Assembly: GCA_049510745.1 (NCBI GenBank)
Contig: JBEKYR010000023.1
Location: 1-64,000 of the forward strand
Source of the DNA: Verrucomicrobiota bacterium
GTDB lineage: Bacteria; Verrucomicrobiota; Verrucomicrobiia; Limisphaerales; Palsa-1400
DNA length: 64,000 bases
Direction of reading: 5' to 3'
Below are positions 29,763 to 39,724 of the stretch, piece by piece. Numbering within the stretch: position 1 is the first letter of the stretch; each line of letters begins with the position of its first letter. The notes below the pieces were generated by a model. That model searched no databases and was not told the origin of the DNA. It worked only from the letters and a program-made list of their open reading frames with translations. Made by a program: the position numbers and the translations under genes.

Positions 29763-31268
29763 GGCGGTCTGGCTGGCCGGTGTGTTGGTGAAGAGATAAT
29801 TGGTCCCGTCGGTGATAATCCCGCTGGTGAGATTGCTCCAGCTTCCAGAGGAAAGGTCGGGCGCGGTCTGCAATGCGTAATTTGCGGCCCAGGCCGGCCA
29901 CGAGATCACCACTTGATTGACTGCCTGGGCGATTCCCAAGGACGGCACAGGCAAAGTCAGGGCAAAAATGGTGCCCGTTCCCCCACTACCGCCTCCCGCC
30001 GCCGCTCCATAGAGTGTGTTCCCCGATAAAACCAATCCGCCCGGTCCGGCTCCATCGCTGTTGGTGTAGGTGCCCCAGGCCAACGCTGTGAAACTATACA
30101 GAAGCGTAAACGCTGAACCATCGGTGTTCATCCTGAACAGCGTGCCAAAGCCACCACTACCACCGCCATTCGCCGCCCCGTACAATGTGTTGCCCGATAA
30201 AATCAATCCACGCGGGCCGGCTCCGTCAATGTTGAGCGAATACTGATGATAATAACCGGAAGCGGCGGAGAAACTATGAAGGATTGTAAAACCCGAACCG
30301 TCTGTGTTGATGCTGAACACCGTGCCGTTGCCCGCGCCGCCACCGTCCTCCGCCGTTCCGTACAATGTATTGCCAGATAAAACCAAAGCGGAACTAGGAT
30401 CACTTCCGTCGATGCCGTTCGTGAAACTATAAAGGTTCGTAAAATCCGAGCCGTTGGTGTTGACCCTGAAGACCGTGCCATAAAAGTCCGAGTTGCCGGC
30501 ACCGGGCGTTGTCCCAAATAGCGTGTCCCCTGATAGAAGCAGACCGCCCGACGGAAGAACTATGACATCTCCGGTATTGTCGCCAGTGAAACTGTTCATG
30601 CTCGTAAAATCCGAGCCGTCGGTGTTGACCCTGAACACTGTGCCAGCGCCCCCACTGCCGCCATTCCCGGTCGTCCCATACAGCGTGTTGCCCAATAAAA
30701 TCAAACCGGCCGACGGCAAAGCTCCGTCGCTATTGGTCGATCCTTCAAAAGCAAGATAGAGCGCGGTGAAACTGTACAGATTCGTAAAATCCGAACCATC
30801 GGTGTTGACCCTGAAGACCGTGCCGTCGCCGTTGCTGCCGCCTCCCGTCGCCGTACCATACAGTGTGTTGCCTGATACAATTACACCGCCTTGCGGATCG
30901 AATCCATCGCTGTTGGTATAAGGCTCAGGCCAAGAAATAGATGAAAACGAGGATAACGTGAAAGTATGCAGGTTCGTAAAACTCGAACCATCGATGTTGA
31001 CCCTGAAGACCGTGCCTTCGCCGTTACTGCCGCCCATCCCCGTCGTTCCATACAGTGTGTTGTCAGATAAAACCACTCCCACCGGATCGACTCCATCGCT
31101 GTTAATATAGGTGGGAGAACGAGAGCTTATCGCCGTGAAATTATACAGCACGGTGAACGAGTTGGATTGGGCATAAAGGGGGCGCACGGCGCTCCAGCAA
31201 AACAGCGCCACAACGACCAGCATGGCCATTCTGTATTTCACAACGTCAGGCCGATTCCGCATTTTCAT
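29739..31268 (-). CDS. Secreted GloVer-type tandem-repeat protein
   Basis: Signal peptide, about 7 repeats of LYGTxxxGGxxGxGTVFRVNTDGSxFTxLxSF, C-terminal AFFRLQQQ. Confidence 0.88.
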   Translation of the reverse strand: MKMRNRPDVVKYRMAMLVVVALFCWSAVRPLYAQSNSFTVLYNFTAISSRSPTYINSDGVDPVGVVLSDNTLYGTTGMGGSNGEGTVFRVNIDGSSFTNLHTFTLSSFSSISWPEPYTNSDGFDPQGGVIVSGNTLYGTATGGGSNGDGTVFRVNTDGSDFTNLYSFTALYLAFEGSTNSDGALPSAGLILLGNTLYGTTGNGGSGGAGTVFRVNTDGSDFTSMNSFTGDNTGDVIVLPSGGLLLSGDTLFGTTPGAGNSDFYGTVFRVNTNGSDFTNLYSFTNGIDGSDPSSALVLSGNTLYGTAEDGGGAGNGTVFSINTDGSGFTILHSFSAASGYYHQYSLNIDGAGPRGLILSGNTLYGAANGGGSGGFGTLFRMNTDGSAFTLLYSFTALAWGTYTNSDGAGPGGLVLSGNTLYGAAAGGGSGGTGTIFALTLPVPSLGIAQAVNQVVISWPAWAANYALQTAPDLSSGSWSNLTSGIITDGTNYLFTNTPASQTAFFRLQQQ

Positions 31269-31271
31269 TGT

Positions 31272-33776
31272 TCAACCGGGCTTCGCCCGTGTCAAGGATT
31301 CCATCGGCCCGCGGGTGACGCCGAGTTGGCGGTGCAGCTTTAGCTCCCGCCAGAGTTGCGCGCCGGTCAGTTCGCCTTTGAGCAGGGACTGGTACTGGGC
31401 GATGGTGCGCGCGGTTTCCGCGGCGCTTTCGTTGACAAACTCGATCCGGAAATGGCGCGCGCCCAGGGCGATCAGGCGCGCCGCGTACTCGGCCCCGGTT
31501 TGCGCGCGGGCGTTGAAGACGGTGTTGCGGCAGCCGGCGTCGGCTTTCAACGGATGGTCCTGCCCGACCCGGTCGCGGATTTGCACATTATGCTTGTCAC
31601 AGGGGCGTCCGCAATTGGTGTAATCGGTCCCCTGGGTCAGGAAGGCGCAAAAGAGGCAGTGCTCCATGTGAAACATCGGGATATGCTGGTGGAGGGTGAT
31701 CTCGAACCAGGCCGGCGGGGCCGATTGCAGCAGGCTCTCCAGTTGCGCGATGTTCAAATCGTAGGAGGCGGTCAGCCGCTCCAGGCCGGCGTGGTTCTTG
31801 AAATAATCGGCCGCCAGCCCGTTGGCCACGTTGAGCGAATAATCCCCGATGCGCCGGCAGCCGGCGAAAAATTCGAGGTGATCGTAGTTGCGCACGAGGT
31901 AGCCGTCGGCCTCGCAGGAGCGCACCTGCTTAAGCACCCATTCCTCGCCCGCTTTGAATATGCGCGGGGGGGCGACGAAAATCTCCGGACGCGCGCCGGC
32001 GGCGCGAACACGGGCCACGGCTTCGCGATATTTTTTCGGGTCCTCGAACTCGCAATAAATCGCGGCCAAATCGAACGGCAGGGCCGCCTCCAATTGCTCC
32101 AGGTTGCGGGCCAGGACGATCAGGCGCGGCGGGCCGGGAGCGGCTGCAGGCGGCGCGGGTTGCGGGGGCGGCGCGGGGCCGAGCGTCCAGCGCGGCGGCC
32201 GGGCGCGCAATTCTTCGATTTGACTGACCAGGCCGCGGCGCAGGCGGTTGAGTTCGCTCATCGGCAGGATGACGGCGCCTTCCAATTTGTTTTCCAGGCG
32301 GCCCAGGGCAAATACCGTTCCGCCCAGGCGTCCGAGTTGTTCCCGCAGCCGGTCCGTGGTCAGCGGCTGATTGTGCGCGGGGGCCAGGGGCATGGACGAC
32401 TCGATTTGCGCGACGTGCCCCAGTTCGTCGCGTCCGATGACTGTCAACGGCGCGCCCTCGTGGCCGTGGACTTCCAGGTCGAGGGGCCGGCGGAAGTGCG
32501 GCGCCGGGCCGGAAAAACTCCGGCGCAAGGCGCGGTCCAGTTCCGGATCGCTCGTCTTCCAGACTTTGTCGCCGGGATGAATGCGCTCGAAATGGATTTC
32601 CCCGAAAAGCCGGATTTCCGTTTCCTCGCCGCCGGACAACTTTGACACCCGTCCGCCCTCCTCGTCCTCGTCCGGTCGTCCGGCGTCGAAGACGATGCCG
32701 TCGCCGGGTTTGAGCGGGGCCTGCAAACGGAGGAAGACGGCGCCGCCGGCGACGCGGCGGACTTCCCCCAGATAGACCCCGCGTTTTTTGCCGAAGCGGG
32801 CGTGGACCAGGCGCTGGTTGTCGGTGCCGCCGAACCAGCCGGTATGAAGGCCGCGCGAAAAAGCCATTTCCAGCCGGTAGCGGGTTTCGGTGGGCGGCGG
32901 GGCGGCGGCGCCGTCCAAGGCGCGGCGATAGACCTGTGTGATATTGGCGACGTATTCGGGCGATTTGAGGCGGCCCTCGATTTTGAGGGAGGCGACGCCG
33001 GCGCGGAGGAGATCGGGCAGCACCTCCAAACCGGCCAAATCGCGCGGGCTTAAGAGATAGCGGCGGTCGCCGAGCGGGACGGGCTGGCCGTCGCAAATCA
33101 ACTCGTAAGGCAGGCGGCAGGCCTGGGCGCATTCGCCGCGATTGGCGGAACGGCCGCCGAGCGCCTCGCTTGTCAAGCATTGGCCGGAATACGCGACGCA
33201 CAGGGCGCCGTGAATAAACACCTCCAACGGCAGCGAGCCGCCGGGCGCGCCCGCCCGCGTGATTTTCTCGATTTCCTTGATGGAACATTCGCGCGCCAGC
33301 ACGACCAGGCCGCAGCCCAATTGGCGCGCGAACTCCACGCCCGCCGCGCTGGTGATGGTCATTTGCGTCGAGGCGTGGATGGGAAAATCCGGCGACAATT
33401 GGCGGATCAGCCGGCAAATGCCGACATCCTGCACGATGGCGGCGTCCACCCCGCCGGCGATCAACGAGCGGAGATACCGCTCGGCCTCCGCCATTTCGTC
33501 GGCGAAGACCATGGTGTTGAAGGTCACATAACCCTTGACCCCGCGGCGATGCAGAAACTCCATGAGCCGGGGCAAATCGGCCTCGGTAAAATTGTTGGCC
33601 CTCATGCGGGCGTTGAAGCGGTCCAGTCCGAAGTAAATGGCGTCGGCGCCGTTTTCGACGGCGGCCCTGGCGCATTCCCAATCGCCGGCCGGGGCGAGCA
33701 ATTCGGGAAGGCGCGGCGGAGGGGGGAGTTCCTCCGGGATCGCGCGCGGCGGTTGGACTGTTGCGCTGACGGCCAT
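31272..33776 (-). CDS. Peptidase U32 family protein with DUF3656 (RlhA-like RNA hydroxylase)
   Basis: ELLAPAG, HASTQM, GALCVAYSGQC, SANRGECAQACR, KIEGRLK. Confidence 0.9.
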   Translation of the reverse strand: MAVSATVQPPRAIPEELPPPPRLPELLAPAGDWECARAAVENGADAIYFGLDRFNARMRANNFTEADLPRLMEFLHRRGVKGYVTFNTMVFADEMAEAERYLRSLIAGGVDAAIVQDVGICRLIRQLSPDFPIHASTQMTITSAAGVEFARQLGCGLVVLARECSIKEIEKITRAGAPGGSLPLEVFIHGALCVAYSGQCLTSEALGGRSANRGECAQACRLPYELICDGQPVPLGDRRYLLSPRDLAGLEVLPDLLRAGVASLKIEGRLKSPEYVANITQVYRRALDGAAAPPPTETRYRLEMAFSRGLHTGWFGGTDNQRLVHARFGKKRGVYLGEVRRVAGGAVFLRLQAPLKPGDGIVFDAGRPDEDEEGGRVSKLSGGEETEIRLFGEIHFERIHPGDKVWKTSDPELDRALRRSFSGPAPHFRRPLDLEVHGHEGAPLTVIGRDELGHVAQIESSMPLAPAHNQPLTTDRLREQLGRLGGTVFALGRLENKLEGAVILPMSELNRLRRGLVSQIEELRARPPRWTLGPAPPPQPAPPAAAPGPPRLIVLARNLEQLEAALPFDLAAIYCEFEDPKKYREAVARVRAAGARPEIFVAPPRIFKAGEEWVLKQVRSCEADGYLVRNYDHLEFFAGCRRIGDYSLNVANGLAADYFKNHAGLERLTASYDLNIAQLESLLQSAPPAWFEITLHQHIPMFHMEHCLFCAFLTQGTDYTNCGRPCDKHNVQIRDRVGQDHPLKADAGCRNTVFNARAQTGAEYAARLIALGARHFRIEFVNESAAETARTIAQYQSLLKGELTGAQLWRELKLHRQLGVTRGPMESLTRAKPG

Positions 33777-33824
33777 TGCGCCCCCAGTCTAGCCCGGAAG
33801 CGATGGGCGGGCGAGACATTCCTC

Positions 33825-34535
33825 CTAAGATGCCCCCAGCGAACTCAAGATGGCGCGGGCGGCTTGGAGCGGGTTTTGCGCCGCGTAGATCGGGCGGCCT
33901 ATCACCAGCCAATTGGCCCCGGCCGCCATCGCTTCGCGCGGGGTCAGCGTCCGCTTCTGGTCGTCGGCCTCTTCCGCGCCGGTGCGAATGCCGGGAGTGA
34001 CCAGTTGCATCTCGGACGGGATCATTTCGCGCAAATCGGCGATTTCCAGCGGCGAACAGACCAGTCCGCGCAATCCGGCCTCCGCCGCCAATCGCGCCAG
34101 CCGCTCGACTTGATGCCCCACGTTGGGCGGCATTCCAATCTCGCTCAATTCGTGGTTGTCCATGCTGGTGAGGATGGTCACCCCCAGCACCAACGGCGCC
34201 GGACGGCCCAGGGTCTGGGCGGTTTCCACCGCGGCCCGTTCCGCCGCGCGCAGCATGGCCGGCCCGCCGCCGGCGTGGACGGTCAGCATTTGCACGTCCA
34301 ATCGCACCGCGGCCGCCACGGCCTTGGCCACAGTATTGGGGATGTCGTGGAACTTCAAATCCAGGAAGACGGCGGCGCCGGTGGCGCGGATTTTCTTGAC
34401 GATGTCCGGGCCGGCCGCCGTGAACAGTTCGCTGCCGATTTTGAACGCGCCCACCGCGGGCGCGATTTCCCGCGCCAGGGAAAGCGCCGCTTTGGCCGTG
34501 GGCACGTCCAGGGCGGCGATGATGGGATTGCGCAT
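33825..34535 (-). CDS. pyrF: Orotidine 5'-phosphate decarboxylase
   Basis: FLDLKFHDIPNTV, VTPGIR, DDQKR, VIGRPI. Confidence 0.97.
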   Translation of the reverse strand: MRNPIIAALDVPTAKAALSLAREIAPAVGAFKIGSELFTAAGPDIVKKIRATGAAVFLDLKFHDIPNTVAKAVAAAVRLDVQMLTVHAGGGPAMLRAAERAAVETAQTLGRPAPLVLGVTILTSMDNHELSEIGMPPNVGHQVERLARLAAEAGLRGLVCSPLEIADLREMIPSEMQLVTPGIRTGAEEADDQKRTLTPREAMAAGANWLVIGRPIYAAQNPLQAARAILSSLGAS

Positions 34536-34553
34536 AGGGCGGCGCGGGCGCGA

Positions 34554-35003
34554 TCAGTATTTTTTGGAAAACTTCTTGTGCGACTCGACTGTCGGCTGGG
34601 CCGTGGGCGGCTGGCCCGGCTTGTCCGCCGGAGAGGGTTCGGTGACGGGAGTTTCCTGCTCATCGGTCGGCGGCCCGGCAGGCGCGCCGCTTTGGGGCGC
34701 GGCCAGGGGATGCTCGACCGCCTCGACAAAGGCTAGGCGCAAATTGGTCAGGCTCTGGTTCAAGAGCGCGGCTTCCTGTTTGTCCAGGTTGCCTTTGGTT
34801 TTGACTTCGAGCATTTCCAGTTGGTCGATGAAGTATCGGGCGTGATCGAGGTCCTGGATGGTTTGGCCCGTTTGCGGATGGGGCGCCTTGCCGAGAAGGA
34901 TCAGAGCCATGTTGGCGTTTTGAAGGACCAAGCTGGCAAACATGGCCGACCTCAACTGGCTGGTGTCGGCGCCGGTTCCGGCCTCAGAATCTGGATTGCT
35001 CAT
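34554..35003 (-). CDS. DUF1844-like protein
   Basis: ARYFIDQLEMLEVKTKGNL. Confidence 0.85.
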   Translation of the reverse strand: MSNPDSEAGTGADTSQLRSAMFASLVLQNANMALILLGKAPHPQTGQTIQDLDHARYFIDQLEMLEVKTKGNLDKQEAALLNQSLTNLRLAFVEAVEHPLAAPQSGAPAGPPTDEQETPVTEPSPADKPGQPPTAQPTVESHKKFSKKY

Positions 35004-35644
35004 TTGAACTTATTCTTCCGTTGCTGGCTGATTTCCGCCATCAAAAAATGGATCAGGTGCTTGAGCCGCGCTTCGACTTCGATGGTTTCCAGGATGGTTT
35101 GCCGCTCCGCCGCCCCGCGCAACAACGACCACGAAACCAGGTCCGCCACGCGGTCCGGATCGTGCAGCCTTTCCAGGCACGCGACGATTTCCCTGACCGA
35201 GACCGTTTTGGCGACGCTCTGCAGCGCCGGCAATTCCTGCTGGATCCGTTCGGTGACCAAATCGCGCACCTTGGCCAGCAACGCGTCAATCGTCACGCTG
35301 TCCCGGTTGGGCGTTTCCAGGGCGCGGATGCGGCAGACCCGGAAAGGCCGGCTCCGCACGGTCTGGGTCAACGCCACCCGCGTGACGCCCTGCAAAATCA
35401 AATGCGACGTGCCGTCGGCGTTGGCCACGCAGACGCGCACCAGCCCCAGCCCGGCCACGCTGAAGGGCATTTCGCGCGAACGGCCCGGCTTGCGCATGGC
35501 GACAATGAACATGCGGTTGGAATGGAGCACTTCCTCCAGCATTTCCCGGTAGCGCGCCTCAAAAATGTGCAGCGGCAGCAGGGCCTGCGGAAACAGGGTG
35601 ACGTTCGGCAACGTCATCACCGGCGCCTGGTCTGGAATTTCCAT
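35000..35644 (-). CDS. LON peptidase substrate-binding domain protein
   Basis: LFPQALLPLHIFEARYREM. Confidence 0.88.
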   Translation of the reverse strand: MEIPDQAPVMTLPNVTLFPQALLPLHIFEARYREMLEEVLHSNRMFIVAMRKPGRSREMPFSVAGLGLVRVCVANADGTSHLILQGVTRVALTQTVRSRPFRVCRIRALETPNRDSVTIDALLAKVRDLVTERIQQELPALQSVAKTVSVREIVACLERLHDPDRVADLVSWSLLRGAAERQTILETIEVEARLKHLIHFLMAEISQQRKNKFK

Positions 35645-35731
35645 GCGCACAATCTAAACACGGTTGCCCCGGACATCAAGGCTGAGATGAGGGCTTGCCA
35701 AAACCCCTCTCTTGGCGTCATGCTCCCGGTT

Positions 35732-36517
35732 GTGAAAGACAAGGCGCCCATTATTGTTCTCATTACCGTCGCCCTGGGCCTGGCTGTGGGTTTGATTGTT
35801 GTCAATTACAAGGCCAGCCAGGAAAAGCAACAGGCCGACGCCAACATCAAGGTCCTCTCCAACACCGTGGTCAGCACCCGAGCCAGCCTGGCCGAATCCC
35901 AAGCCGTCAACCAGACCCTGGAAACCAATCTGGCCGCGACCAAGGCCGAGGATTCCAACAAGCTGGCCCTGAGCGAGGCCAATGTTCGCGCCGTCGAGGC
36001 CGAGTTGGGAAAAGCCAAGGCTGAAGCCAAAGCCCAAGCCGAGGCCGACGCCACCACCCTGGCGCAACGGGACAAGAAGATCGCCGAACTCCAGGACCAG
36101 AACGTGGACCTGGACAAACAATCCGCCGAGCTGCGCGGCACCATCACCAGCCTCGACAGCCAAATCGCCGCGACCCAGAAGAAACTGGCTGAAGCGCAAG
36201 GCGACCGCACCCTGCTCCTGGCCGAACTCAAGCGCTTGCAGGCCCGCCAGGCCGAGTTGGAGAAGAAATTCCACGATCTGACCGCCCTGCGGCTGCAAAT
36301 CCGCAAGTTGAAACAGGAGGCCGACATGGCCCGGCAGTTGGACTGGATGCGCCGCGGCATTTATCAGAGCCTCGAGGAAAAGGGCGGCGAACATCTCATC
36401 AAGCATCCCACCAACGCCCCGGCTCCCGACACCAACGCCACCCTCAACGTCGAGTTGAGGCAAAACGGCGCGGTGAAAATCCAGACTTCCCCTCCCACCA
36501 ATTCGCCCGCAAAATGA
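35732..36517 (+). CDS. Membrane-anchored coiled-coil protein
   Basis: N-terminal TM helix followed by a long heptad region; start GTG 35732 or ATG 35720. Confidence 0.8.
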   Translation: MKDKAPIIVLITVALGLAVGLIVVNYKASQEKQQADANIKVLSNTVVSTRASLAESQAVNQTLETNLAATKAEDSNKLALSEANVRAVEAELGKAKAEAKAQAEADATTLAQRDKKIAELQDQNVDLDKQSAELRGTITSLDSQIAATQKKLAEAQGDRTLLLAELKRLQARQAELEKKFHDLTALRLQIRKLKQEADMARQLDWMRRGIYQSLEEKGGEHLIKHPTNAPAPDTNATLNVELRQNGAVKIQTSPPTNSPAK

Positions 36518-36640
36518 GGGTTTCCGAGAGCCGGTTCAGCGCTTAATGTTAGGGCAGTGGAAAGCCGGTTGGGCGGCTGGCGGACCGAATCCGGAATATG
36601 TCTAATGTCCAAGCTCGAATGACGAAATGACAAGTTTTGC

Positions 36641-37699
36641 ATGACCTCGGGGAAATTAATCGACTCCCACGGGCGCGTTTTGCGCGACTTGCGCGTGAGC
36701 GTCACCGACCGCTGCAACTTCCGCTGTCTCTACTGCCTGCCCGAAACCGAGGAGGCCGCCAACTTTTATCAAAACCGCTTCGGCCAGCCGCTCGCCCCCG
36801 CCACCCGCATCACCCGCCAGTGGCAGCCCCACGCCGGCATCTTGACCTTCGAGGAGATTTTCCGCGTCGTCTCCCTTGCCGCCGGCCTGGGCATCGACAA
36901 AGTGCGCTTGACAGGCGGCGAGCCGCTCCTGCGCCAGCAGCTCGAAAAGCTCGTCGCCCGGCTCGCCCGAATCCCCGGCCTGCGCGATCTGGCCCTGACC
37001 AGCAACGGCTTCCTTTTCCCCCGCAAGGCCGCCGCCCTGCGCGACGCCGGCCTGCGCCGCGTCAGCTTCAGCCTCGACTCCCTCGATCCGGCCAATTTCA
37101 AAAAAATCACCGGGCGCAACGGGCTGGAGTCCGTTCTGCAAAGCATCGACCTGGCCCGGGAAGTCGGCCTGCATCCGGTCAAAGTCAACGCCGTCCTCAT
37201 CCGCGGCCTCAACGACCACGAAATCGAGGGCCTGGCCGAATTTGCCATCAAGAAGAATCTTTCCTTCCGCTTCATCGAGTTCATGCCCTTGGATTCCGGG
37301 CGCGCCTGGCAGAAGGAACTGGTCGTGCCGGGCCGCGAAATCCTCCAGCGCCTGCGGCGGCGGTTCCCCCTCCAGCCGGTCGCTTCCGACAACCCCGCCG
37401 AAACCGCCAAACGCTGGGCCTTGCCTGGCAGCGGCGCGGAAATCGGCATAATCGCCCCGGTCAGCGAGCCTTTTTGCGGCCATTGCAACCGCCTCCGCCT
37501 GACTGCCGACGGGAAAATCCGCACCTGCCTCTTCAGCGTCGTCGAGCACGACCTGCGCGGGTTGCTGCGCTCCGGCGCGTCCGACCAGGCCATCGCCGAT
37601 TTTCTGCGCGCCGTCGTCTGGCAAAAGGAAGCCCGCCACCACATCGGCGAGGCCGAATTCGTGCAACCGGAGCGGACGATGAGCTGCATCGGGGGTTGA
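36641..37699 (+). CDS. moaA: GTP 3',8-cyclase
   Basis: LRVSVTDRCNFRCLYC, RLTGGEP, FCGHCNRLRLTADG, C-terminal IGG. Confidence 0.97.
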   Translation: MTSGKLIDSHGRVLRDLRVSVTDRCNFRCLYCLPETEEAANFYQNRFGQPLAPATRITRQWQPHAGILTFEEIFRVVSLAAGLGIDKVRLTGGEPLLRQQLEKLVARLARIPGLRDLALTSNGFLFPRKAAALRDAGLRRVSFSLDSLDPANFKKITGRNGLESVLQSIDLAREVGLHPVKVNAVLIRGLNDHEIEGLAEFAIKKNLSFRFIEFMPLDSGRAWQKELVVPGREILQRLRRRFPLQPVASDNPAETAKRWALPGSGAEIGIIAPVSEPFCGHCNRLRLTADGKIRTCLFSVVEHDLRGLLRSGASDQAIADFLRAVVWQKEARHHIGEAEFVQPERTMSCIGG

Positions 37700-37762
37700 A
37701 CCCTGGACGACCTGCCGCATTTTTTCCCTTTTCCCGCGCACTGTTTCTTATACAGTGGGGCC

Positions 37763-38830
37763 GTGATTGATGCGGATGGCAAACTGTCGGCGTTTCTGCC
37801 GAAGCTCCGGGCGGCGGACTGGGTGGCGATGGATACCGAAGCCGACAGCTTGCACGCTTACCCGGAAAAACTTTGTCTGCTGCAGATCAGCCTGGCAAAT
37901 GCGGACACGTTGATTGATCCCTTGACGGGGATCGACCTGCAACCGCTCTGGCCGGTGCTCAAGGAGCAGCCGTTGATCCTGCACGGGGCCGATTACGATC
38001 TGCGCTTGTTGCGCAAAAAACACGGCTTTGTGCCCAATCGCGTTTTCGACACCATGCTGGCCAGCCGCCTGCTCGGCGAGCGCGAATTCGGGCTGTTCAA
38101 TCTGGTGCAGAAGTTCCTCAATGTGACCCTGGAGAAAGGATCGCAAAAGGCCGACTGGGCCAGGCGCCCGCTGACCCCGCGCATGGAAGCCTACGCGCGC
38201 AATGACACCCGCTACCTCAAGCCGCTTTCGGACATCTTGCGCGAGCAATTGCGCCAGAAGCAGCGCCTGGCCTGGCTGGAGCAATCCTGCGACCGCTTGA
38301 TTGCCGACTGCGCGCTCCCCACCCAGCCGGAGCCGGACTTGGTCTGGCGGGTCAAGGGGTGCCATTCCCTGCCGCGCAACGCCCTGGCCGTCTTGCGCGA
38401 GATCTGGCACTGGCGCGAGCACGAAGCCATCGGCGGCAACCGGCCGCCCTACTTCGTCCTCAGCCACGAGGCGCTGGTCGATATCGCCGTCGCCGCGACC
38501 GACCATAGCCCGATTGACAGCCTGCTGCCGCGCCACTTCTCCGCCCGGCGCAAGGACGGGTTGCTGGAGGCCATCGAAAAGGGATTGGCGTTGAAACCGG
38601 AGGAGCAGCCGCAGCCGCTGCGCTCCGCTTCACGGCGGCAGACGGAGGCCGAGCGGCGGCGGTTCCTGGAGTTGGAACGAAAGCGCAACGACCGCGCGGC
38701 CAAGCTGGACCTGGACCCCACCTTGATCGCCAGCCGCGCCACCTTGACCGCCCTGGCGCACGATTGGAACGCGCATCAAGAAGAATTAATGGACTGGCAG
38801 CGGGAACTTCTCACCGGAGACCATCACTGA
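37763..38830 (+). CDS. rnd: Ribonuclease D (3'-5' exonuclease + HRDC)
   Basis: AMDTEADS, HGADYDL, DWARRPL, YARND. Confidence 0.9.
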   Translation: MIDADGKLSAFLPKLRAADWVAMDTEADSLHAYPEKLCLLQISLANADTLIDPLTGIDLQPLWPVLKEQPLILHGADYDLRLLRKKHGFVPNRVFDTMLASRLLGEREFGLFNLVQKFLNVTLEKGSQKADWARRPLTPRMEAYARNDTRYLKPLSDILREQLRQKQRLAWLEQSCDRLIADCALPTQPEPDLVWRVKGCHSLPRNALAVLREIWHWREHEAIGGNRPPYFVLSHEALVDIAVAATDHSPIDSLLPRHFSARRKDGLLEAIEKGLALKPEEQPQPLRSASRRQTEAERRRFLELERKRNDRAAKLDLDPTLIASRATLTALAHDWNAHQEELMDWQRELLTGDHH

Positions 38831-39703
38831 ATGAAAATCAATGTCACCGCCTTCGCGGCGCCTCCGCGCAAAAAGGTCAGGCTTAAAGATTGGCCGACCA
38901 GGATCAAACCCTTCTATGACTCGGAGGAGGATTACCGCAAGGCCCTCGCCCAGCATGTCAAACAACTCAGTGCCATGCAGGACCTCCTTTACGCCCACGG
39001 CGGCTACGCCTTGCTCCTGATTTTCCAGGCGATGGATGCCGCCGGCAAGGACAGCGCCATCAAACATGTCATGTCGGGCGTCAATCCCCAGGGCTGCCAG
39101 GTTTTCAGTTTCAAGCAACCGAGCGCGCGGGAACTGGCCCATGACTTTCTCTGGCGCACCACCTGCTGCCTGCCCGAGCGGGGGCGCATCGGCATCTTCA
39201 ACCGCTCCTATTACGAACCCGTTTTGGTCGTGCGGGTCCACCCCGAAATCCTCCAGGCCGAGGGGTTGCCGGAGGAATTGCTGGCCGACAAGAACCTCTG
39301 GAAACACCGCTTCCAATCCATCGTCGATTTTGAAAAACACCTCCATCGCAACGGCACGCGCGTCCTCAAGTTTTTCCTCCACATCTCCAAGAACGAGCAG
39401 AAACGGCGCTTTCTCAAGCGGATCGACGAGCCGGAAAAAAACTGGAAGTTCAGCATGGACGACATGCGGGAGCGCAAGCTGTGGAAACATTACATGAAGG
39501 CCTACGAAGCCTGCCTGGGCGCCACCAGCACCGGGGAGGCTCCGTGGTTCATCATTCCCAGCGATGACAAACCCAATGCCCGCCTTATCATCTCGCAAGT
39601 CGTCGTCGATGCCATCAAGAGCTTTAAATTGGGTTCGCTGCAACCGGCCAAGGAGCGGCGCAAAGAGTTGCTGGAAATCCGCAAGGCGCTCATCGCGGAA
39701 TAG
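38831..39703 (+). CDS. ppk2: Polyphosphate kinase 2 family protein
   Basis: [25 protein letters not shown]. Confidence 0.93.
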   Translation: MKINVTAFAAPPRKKVRLKDWPTRIKPFYDSEEDYRKALAQHVKQLSAMQDLLYAHGGYALLLIFQAMDAAGKDSAIKHVMSGVNPQGCQVFSFKQPSARELAHDFLWRTTCCLPERGRIGIFNRSYYEPVLVVRVHPEILQAEGLPEELLADKNLWKHRFQSIVDFEKHLHRNGTRVLKFFLHISKNEQKRRFLKRIDEPEKNWKFSMDDMRERKLWKHYMKAYEACLGATSTGEAPWFIIPSDDKPNARLIISQVVVDAIKSFKLGSLQPAKERRKELLEIRKALIAE

Positions 39704-39724
39704 CCGGCCTCACGCGGCCGAAAG

